Below, one piece after another: positions 56,414 to 64,000 of a stretch of DNA of 64,000 nt. Under the pieces are notes generated by a model. It was not told the origin of the DNA, made no database searches, and was given only the letters and a program-made list of their open reading frames with translations. A program made the translations under genes and the position numbers. How positions within the stretch are numbered: the stretch's first letter is position 1; the number at the start of each line of letters is the position of its first letter. Origin of the DNA: Perkinsela sp. CCAP 1560/9 (lineage: Eukaryota; Protista; Euglenozoa: Kinetoplastea); contig CBFFSA010000010.1 in the NCBI GenBank assembly GCA_965644495.1, positions 434,001 through 498,000 of the forward strand. Direction: 5' to 3'.

Positions 56414-57300
56414 GAGGGTCTGTGGGTGACGTTAACCGCGGTCTCGGCGCGTTCTCGCCAGGTCTCATAGTTGTAAAAGGGTATAATGATATTTTAGAGA
56501 TTGTCAAATATTTTTCGTTTATAGTATACGTCTGTATTATTAATTTATTTCTACATATTGATGGGCTATCCTCATATCCTGCGGAGGGTAAAAACACGAC
56601 TTGCAGATTAGGTAAAATGGTATTTTAGGTCAACAATAAACATCCGCTTTGACAGACTTAAAATCATCACGAATAATAAGCAGAACTTAAAATCTTATCT
56701 TCTCTCTTTCTCCTTCAACTTTTCCTCAACGCGACCTTATTCGTTCAGCCGCGGGAACGAGACTATATGGTCTGATGTTCTAATTTCTTTCGCCGTATAA
56801 TAGGACGGCGTGGAGACATTCTTCTCCTGATCTGCAGCCGCGGACAAGCTTCTGGGGTCTGAGATGCTGGCTTCTGAGATGCTTCATCCGCACCTCGTTC
56901 GAGCCGGCGACGATCCAGGTGCATACATTGGGCTGAATTCCAGGAAGCTTAGGAGATCCTGGGCAGCTTATCCAACAAAGTAGACGGTGCGCGACCGAAC
57001 ATCCATAAGCAGATGCCCGCGGCGATCTACGATGTGAAGAACGGCACGCTCCAGCATCTGTAGCGTAATGTCTATGCCGCTAACGGAACGGCCCCCGTGA
57101 GGAAAACTATCCATGGTGCCGTGAATGCGTTCCAGGATTCCTTCGACTTTTGCTCCTAGCTCTTCTTCTGTGATAATCAGCTTCGGAGGGGTAAATACGT
57201 TAACAATTTCGTGAAAACCCTCTTGGTTGAAGCTAAAACAATCTCATAAATCGCCTTTTCACTTTCAACCTCCGAGGGGTACGCAATTCGAGCTTTTAGG
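56414..57300 (-). mobile_element. Second, degenerate copy of the orphan-ORF element
   Basis: Degenerate TIR GAGGGTCTGTGGGT. Reads MDSFPHGGRSVSGIDIT..MLERAVLHIVDRRGHLLMDVRSR and EKAIYEIVLASTKR. Confidence 0.72.
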
Positions 57301-57544
57301 TCAACATTACTCTCAATTCCAGTCATTGACAAGACAGAAGGATACGGAATGCAAAATAACAAACTAAAGATGTTCAAAAATAGTCTTACTTCTATCTACG
57401 TCAAGGCCTACAATATGAGTACTCCATACACATCGTTCAAATTGTGCTCTACTCTCTATCCAAAAACTAGCATTTTCTTGTCTCTCCAAGCCTAAAGCAA
57501 ACCGCGGTCTCGAGCGGTCTCAGCGCGGTCTCGCGCGGTCTTGT

Positions 57545-58683
57545 GTGCCACGACCTGGAGCCCCTCAAATGACGAGTTGAGTGCTCTGTTTTCGCGTTCC
57601 ACAGCGAACTTCCTTTTTGTTGCCTTCGGACGTCGTCGTCCGAGAATTTACAATCTCGTGCATTGTGCCCAAGCTTCCCACAATGACGACACGTCCCGCT
57701 TGGCGCATCAGGATACAACCAGGTTTTTGTCTGCCGCCCCACTTGGTCGTCTCTCGCGTCACGTGGGAACGCTTGACCATGATAGCGCTTCTTGGGGGGC
57801 TCCTCAATTAATACACTCCCCCGCTGTGCCCCTTTCCGAAACGCATTTAGGCGTTGCACTTCACGGGATTGACCAGCCAAATAGCTAACAATCAATTTGT
57901 TAGCCTGGTCTCCTGTGTCACCCATCATGACGCGCTCCAAGGATTCTGTGGACACCGTCGCCCCATCGCAAAGCAGACGATGGGTCAGTACGATGGCACC
58001 GAGCTTGCAAAGCAACGTCCAGACTCCATGGCGGATACCTTCACTCTCTGTTTCGGGTATCTTTTGGCCGGGCCCTTCCTCAGCTTCGCGTAATACGCGG
58101 CCGACGGGTCTGTTCCAGCTGCTGTGCGAACCTTGTTTTTCACGCCTTAGATTAGCCACGGTTCCGAACTGAATTCAGACGGGTTGAGACAAAGATACCG
58201 TTCTGTGCCGCAACGCGGATCTGTTCTCGTCCCCACGAGTGACTTGAATGCTTCTTGCATGCTTACATGCTGGGAGCAATTGCTATCTTTTGGGACGGTC
58301 TCCACAGGATGCTTCTCGCGGGGATCATTCTCTGTGAGTAAAGATTCCCCATGTCCGCACAGTTCATCATTTAGTGCGGTGAGCACATGACTGGTGACAT
58401 CGCGAGAACTAAGGTCCCCTTGCTTTACAGCCGACAGGGCCCGCCGTACGGTCTGTGCTCCACGCACCGTATCCCCGCTGGCCGCGCGGGATGCAGCCCG
58501 CTCGAAGATAGGGTTGATGGCGGTAAAAGCTTTTACGTGCGTGATGGCTCCGGGGAGTACCTGGAGTAGTTCGCGACGTAAGGTCACACCTAACCGTTTC
58601 ATGGCGCATAGATCTTCAAAGGAGGCCTTTCGCGTTGAGACTGCTTCGTTCCCTGGAACGAGATCTGGAAATACATCCACCAT
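57545..58683 (-). mobile_element. Gag-like ORF fragments with a CCHC zinc knuckle (LTR- or YR-retroelement-like)
   Basis: CRHCGKLGHNARDC (CX2CX4HX4C) in ORF 57467-58159; upstream ORF 58147-58683. Confidence 0.55.
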
Positions 58684-58999
58684 AAGGCAATAACTGTGTT
58701 AAGTAATAATAGCAATACTAGTACTCTGACTCGTATTGAACAATCTGGTTAAGGTTTCTGTAAGTTTAATCTTTACTAACTTTCACTTTTAACAGAAGCC
58801 TAAAGTAGTAAGATGTACCGTACTGTATGTCTTGTAGACGAGCTAGCTCCCCAAGCGGACTGGGAGGCCAATTTGAAAAGAAGGAAATAGAATGAAGATT
58901 ATATATTTTTACATTTGCACAAAGCTGGTTATCGTCCGAACTTCGCCTGTATCAGGAAGTATGCGTGAGTGTCCGGGCAGGACTGGGTCAAGCTATACT

Positions 59000-59194
59000 T
59001 CCTATTCCAAGGCGCCGCTCTCCTTTAACCCTCTGGTACAAAGCGACATACACCCCCCCCGCCACGTTTTTGAAGCGAAAACAAAAATGTGAAACTGAAC
59101 AACCATTTCCTTCCATCCCGATTTCCACGTAGTGTGGCCCGGGGCATTGGACCCGTTCAGCAGGGTTAAAGGAGAGCGGCGCCTTGGAATAGGA
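59000..59194. mobile_element. 195-bp MITE-like element with perfect 33-bp inverted repeats
   Basis: TCCTATTCCAAGGCGCCGCTCTCCTTTAACCCT and its reverse complement at 59162-59194. No TSD seen. Confidence 0.8.
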
Positions 59195-59425
59195 TGGGGC
59201 AGTTCCAAGATTGCGCCAAATGATACCCACATACCTCCCATTGTTAACAGTATTCGAACTTTCGTTGTACCTCGTACAATGTTGCTATTGCGGGGTAAAA
59301 GTTCGATTATTGTTAACCTTCGATTATTCTTAGCAAAACAATTGTTGATAGCTCGAAACAATTGTTAACGATAAACAAAACCTTCCTTTACGTAAAATGA
59401 TTATTTTTCTTGTATATTCCTCTAC

Positions 59426-60277
59426 ATGACTTTCTATCTAAAATGCCTCATCTGTTTGAGACTTGCAACGGCGGATTCAACCCACACGCGAACACGGCTC
59501 GGCAAGGTGCGAGGGGCCGTACTCTCACAAGATATCCAAATGGCGCAATTGATCGCAAGACTCGAGCCACAATCGATGATCAATATGAAGAATGAAACGC
59601 AGGCATGTACGTGGGCCGGTGTCACTTGTAATTCCGCCGATGAAGTCACAAGCATCAGTTGGAAATCTAGAGGATTGAAAGGAAACCTCACTTGGGGCAG
59701 TCTGCCGCACACCGTGTGTACTCTTTGTGTCTCTCAGAATGGCCTTGGTGGTACTGTTCCCGTTCATTTATTTCCTCCCAAATTATCTCACTTATATATT
59801 CAAAATAACATATTCTTCGGACCATTTGACACCATATCTCTGCCTCATGCATTAGTGGAGATTTGGTCATCGGGCACGAAGTTTTCCGGGGTGCTTGATT
59901 TGACGTTGCTTCCTCCGTTACTAAAAATGCTTTCTTTGTCGTACAATGATTTCTCAGGGAATCTGGACTTGACGAAGTTGCCCGAGACACTCGTCCTGCT
60001 TTTTCTTGATGCAAATCATTTTTCTGGTCATGTTGACTTGGCCTACCTCCCGAAGAGACTTCAAAAGTTGCGCTTGTCTAACAATAAACTCAATGGTGCG
60101 TTGGATTTCCGCAGTCTTCCACCTTCATTGCATACACTCGATCTGGCGCATAACGCCTTTACGGGCAAAGTCTCGTTTGATACATTACCTCCCACACTAA
60201 TGGCCTTGTACTTCAGTGGAAATGCATGCGTTTTGGAAGGGAAGTCTTCGATTGTTCCAAAGTATGTGAGAATGTAG
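59426..60277 (+). CDS. LRR family protein, duplicate copy B
   Basis: 12 nucleotide differences from copy A by manual count. Confidence 0.94.
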   Translation: MTFYLKCLICLRLATADSTHTRTRLGKVRGAVLSQDIQMAQLIARLEPQSMINMKNETQACTWAGVTCNSADEVTSISWKSRGLKGNLTWGSLPHTVCTLCVSQNGLGGTVPVHLFPPKLSHLYIQNNIFFGPFDTISLPHALVEIWSSGTKFSGVLDLTLLPPLLKMLSLSYNDFSGNLDLTKLPETLVLLFLDANHFSGHVDLAYLPKRLQKLRLSNNKLNGALDFRSLPPSLHTLDLAHNAFTGKVSFDTLPPTLMALYFSGNACVLEGKSSIVPKYVRM

Positions 60278-60441
60278 GTAGTGGAAAAGGAATTTTTATG
60301 ACATGGGAATCGCCCATATTTGCCCGTACTTCCCACACACACACAGTATACACACACAGCATGCTGTAAAAAAATGTACCCCCCTTTTTAACCTAAACAA
60401 GATTTATTCGAATTTTGTAGTTGATTGAATACACCAATCTT

Positions 60442-61158
60442 ATGTTCATCGCGGAGTTTTCCGATACACAACGAACGAATTCTGTGAGTACGCGACCTTC
60501 CAAAGTACGAGGGGTTTCCTTGCCACAAGAATATGAACTTGCGCGACTTATACAATATGTAGAAAATCAAGACCCCACCTGGAGTACGGCGCAACCCGCT
60601 TGCAAGTGGCGTCAGGTGAGATGCAATGGAGAGAAAGAAGTCGAAAAAATGTACTGGTCGTCTTTAAAGTTGTGTGGTCAACTTCAGCTGTCTTATCTGC
60701 CGCTCTCGACCAGAAGCGTTGACATTGCAGATAACAAACTCACAGAAACCGTAGATCTTACTCATTTGCCGGAAGCGATTCGTCGACTAAATCTTTCGCG
60801 GAACCGCTTTTTAGGTGAGGCAGATCTGATGAAGCTGCCGAATGAAATGGAAGAATTGTACTTGATACAGAATCAGTTTTCGGGTAATATTTGCCTCACT
60901 CAACTCCCGAGGAATTTACGATCGATGGCCTTAAACGGAAACCAATTTGAAGGAACGTTGGATTTGGAACATCTTCCGTTTAAGATGGAATCTTTGTTTC
61001 TTGAGCAAAATCGGTTTCGCGGAGCGGTAATTTTGGATTCATTGCCGCAGAGCCTACGTGAACTATGGTTAAATAGCAATAAGGAACTTTGTGGTACAAT
61101 AAACATCAGTATGACACAGTTCGCAAAGATTCAGAATACGAAAATTGTTGTAGAGTAA
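60442..61158 (+). CDS. LRR family protein (ATG 60442)
   Basis: RPSKVRGVSLPQEYEL motif, ACKWRQVRC cap and about 6 LRRs. Confidence 0.92.
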   Translation: MFIAEFSDTQRTNSVSTRPSKVRGVSLPQEYELARLIQYVENQDPTWSTAQPACKWRQVRCNGEKEVEKMYWSSLKLCGQLQLSYLPLSTRSVDIADNKLTETVDLTHLPEAIRRLNLSRNRFLGEADLMKLPNEMEELYLIQNQFSGNICLTQLPRNLRSMALNGNQFEGTLDLEHLPFKMESLFLEQNRFRGAVILDSLPQSLRELWLNSNKELCGTINISMTQFAKIQNTKIVVE

Positions 61159-62009
61159 TTTTTTTGGCTTTCTGTTTTCAGGCAAGTACTGTCATGTGCT
61201 TTACCCCGAATGTACAAATATCATATGGGATCAATTTATGTTACTTGACTTCAGTGACTTAAGCCCTTTATACGTGCGGTTGTTTTAAACTTAAAAGTCG
61301 CTTAAGACTTTTGCGCTCCTCGCGTTGAAACCTATTTCTGCATTTAACGAAGAGACTAAACGCGAGACATTTGGCTAGGAAAAAGAAAGAACCCGGAAGT
61401 ATTTGTGCGAAAAATATCCGATTTTTAGATAAAAATGAAGGAGAGTTTGCTCTCAGAGAACAGAATCCGACGTTTGCGCATTTAAAAGCACGAGTAGGCA
61501 GGAATGAAAGCCTACAGAATGTACAGCTTCTCTACATGGATAGAGAATGCGACTCCAACCACACCGTTCTTCCGACATAAAAACACTCATTTGGGTCCGA
61601 AACTTACTTTTTTGAGGCCAAAGATGGGTCTTTTTAGGAGGTTTACTACGGCTACAAGAAGGACTATCTTGTGAAAACAACGACTTAGAAAGCTAGTATA
61701 GGTCCCAAACTGTAACAGTACAATAGGGAAGACGAAAGCTCTATCCCCTATGAGAAAAATTCGCGCCAACAAAATTACGATCTGTATAGGTTGAAGAATT
61801 GATTGAAAAATCGACAAGCAGAAATTCCACACTAGATCGATCCGAGCACTCAAGTTGTACAACCAAACCACAATGAAGAACAAATTCAACCGGAGGGAAC
61901 CGCGAATGACGTGCGAAGACTAGAAATGTTGAACGTACTCTACGAAGGCTTATCGAACGACTGCGTTTTCTACAGGGCAGTTATGAAACGCTGTAAATGT
62001 GTGATAAGA

Positions 62010-62110
62010 GGGACTGACATTGTTTGTAAATCAAGGACGCATCACCCAACGAAAGTAATGATCTGGGGTGCTATTGCGGGCGACGAACACGTTTTTAACC
62101 ATTTGTGTGA
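62010..62110 (+). mobile_element. Small Tc1/mariner-like fragment
   Basis: HHPTKVMIWGAI. Confidence 0.45.
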
Positions 62111-63091
62111 TTTTTCTAAGTTCTACAAGGATGATACTTAGCGCGAATTGCCACCAGGGAAGAAGCGGTTAGAATTTCCACTGGAGAGGGGATGCGGGCG
62201 AGGCCCAGGACGAGATCATGCGTGATCACGCGAGATCTCTGTCTGGAGCGGATCCGGCTCGGGAGGGTGGTTGGATGACGTCAAAGCGAGATCACGCGAA
62301 ATCATACCCGCAGCCCCACTGGAAATAAAACTTGGATCGCTATTTTACCGTAAGGTGACATTGGAAAGCGATAAACGTGGCGCGGTACGTCAGTACAACT
62401 CGAGTGTTGATGCCTAGCTGGCCAGTGAATATTAAAAGAACTAGGGTGGGTGCCATTCAGGATAATCTTTCGAATGTTCAGGAATTTCATATCTAGGGAC
62501 ATAAGAAAATATGCTTCGGAATATTTTTTGGAATTAAAAAAGAAATTTGTTATTCTATTGCTCAATTTAGGTATACTTCCTCCGAAACATCTTATTGTAT
62601 TTTTTGAAATGTCAGCTTACCTCCTTTATAACCCTTTACTTCCAAAACTCCTGAAACCAGCGGAAGGACGTACATGTATAAGGCCGCACTTGTATTATAT
62701 TCTATAAGGCCGAAGTTGTATAAAGTGAGGGGTAACAATAAAACCTTTATGGCATACAGTTATGAAACGTCAATCTTTATGATGAATTGGACAAACTAAG
62801 AAGACGAGTCTAATGTATTACACATATGACGTATCATTGAGTCCATCGGCTACCAATAACTGATTTCAAGGAAACAACGTGTACTTTCTTGTCCCTTTTA
62901 AAATGGTAAACTTTGTAATTGTTTAAACACTTGTGCGTGCGAACAATTTACATTTTTCCGTATATTGTACAATAGGCGAAAAACTGTTCACATGTTTGAC
63001 ACACTTTTGTTGTTTGCTTCCATGTGGTCAGATACCGTACGCATTGAAGTACAGTGTAGTATATCCGAGTAGTTATATCATAGTATGCTTA

Positions 63092-63416
63092 CTGTACCCC
63101 CCGTTTACAATAGCCTCGCTTTTGCCCAAATGAACCTATAAATGGGGGAGGGCGATTAAAAGTTGGCACAGAAATCGATCTACATTTGGGAGAGAGGAAC
63201 CAGGAATATCCAATCGCTAAGTGGGCACCGGCGCTCTGCCAAAGTAAAATCTCCAGCGCGACCCCTCGAAGAATGTGTGATAGCCCTCGAAGAACAATGT
63301 GAAAATAATATCATAATATTTAAGACGGTGCAAGAAAATTAAAAGAAATCTTCCTCGGTTTGCCAAAAAAGAAAAAAAAGGGGGGGTCGAGGCTATTATA
63401 AACAGCGGGGATACAG
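63092..63416. mobile_element. 325-bp MITE with TA TSD
   Basis: TA|CTGTACCCCCCGTTTACAATAGCCTCG ... CGAGGCTATTATAAACAGCGGGGATACAG|TA. Confidence 0.85.
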
Positions 63417-64000
63417 TAGTTGCAGACGTATAGTGTTGTACTTAAGCAATCAGTTTATGAACATCCTTAAGCAACAGTTTTGGTATACATAAATACAATA
63501 TGTATGGACATAGTAAAATATGTATGGGTACTACAGTATACATGAGGGGCTGCGGGTGAAACCTCGCGAAACCCCGCTAAAATCTTTCAAGGACATGCTC
63601 AAGTGTTTGTCGTCCAGCAACTCATCAAATAAAATAGAAATACAGCAATAATGAGTGCTGGATAAATTCATTTTAACGTCTACCTTGTATTGTACAAACC
63701 ACATATTGATAAACTACACGTATTAGTAGACTGAGAAATTGTAAAACTAATTAGTACTACATCTATTTAATTAGCACTACAATAAATTTTATATTTTTTG
63801 TATTTCAACTTTCAGCCTTCGCAAGCTCTTCACACCTGTTTCACACGTTTTCAGTCTTTTTGGCCCCTTTTTGCGGTTTTTTAGTACTACAATCTACATA
63901 TTCAATGCATTCTTTGAGACATTCACGTCTTTCAAAAATTAACGTCTTTCAATCGGTCATAGATCTCCGTCATAGAGCTTCCCGCTCAATCGGCTTTACC

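Noticed and set aside
58191-58210. SL-like AAAGATACCGTTCTGTGCC
   Set aside because: It needs a gap and two mismatches, lies antisense inside an ORF and is not at an element boundary, so it is likely chance.
59025-59169. piggyBac-like TTAA|CCCT...AGGG|TTAA element
   Set aside because: The inverted repeat extends 25 bp outside the TTAA, so TTAA is internal to a longer TIR and not a TSD.

Overview
This is a eukaryotic, apparently intron-free, TE-rich region that looks kinetoplastid-like (Euglenozoa). All recognisable host genes lie on the + strand, as in a directional gene cluster, and five copies of the conserved spliced-leader (SL) exon core (AAAGATACAGTTTCTGTACCTTGTTG) are scattered through it. 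Three housekeeping-type genes (Prp43/DHX15 helicase, TMEM184/OST-alpha, one 1171-aa hypothetical) sit among about 11 intact-looking and 6 broken members of a single-exon 23-aa-LRR family sharing an N-terminal (T/A)AD...R.GKVRG..L(P/S)Q(E/D) motif. The rest is transposon debris: Tc1/mariner, pogo, Merlin, hAT, Harbinger/ISL2EU-like, an IS30-like transposase, a Gag-like zinc knuckle and MITEs, mostly antisense. The main result is an SL-anchored retroelement system. An intact HERO/NeSL-like RT-RLE element carrying four Mer3/HFM1-type Cys/His fingers is bracketed by SL-exon copies, and a CRE-like element ends on an SL copy. A covarying, hairpin-rich leader follows SL either directly (spliced-like form) or through a 14-nt GT...AG spacer (unspliced-like form), and it leads into an ORF ending in a 2A-like motif. 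Organism and family assignments rest on motif recognition by eye, not on database searches.
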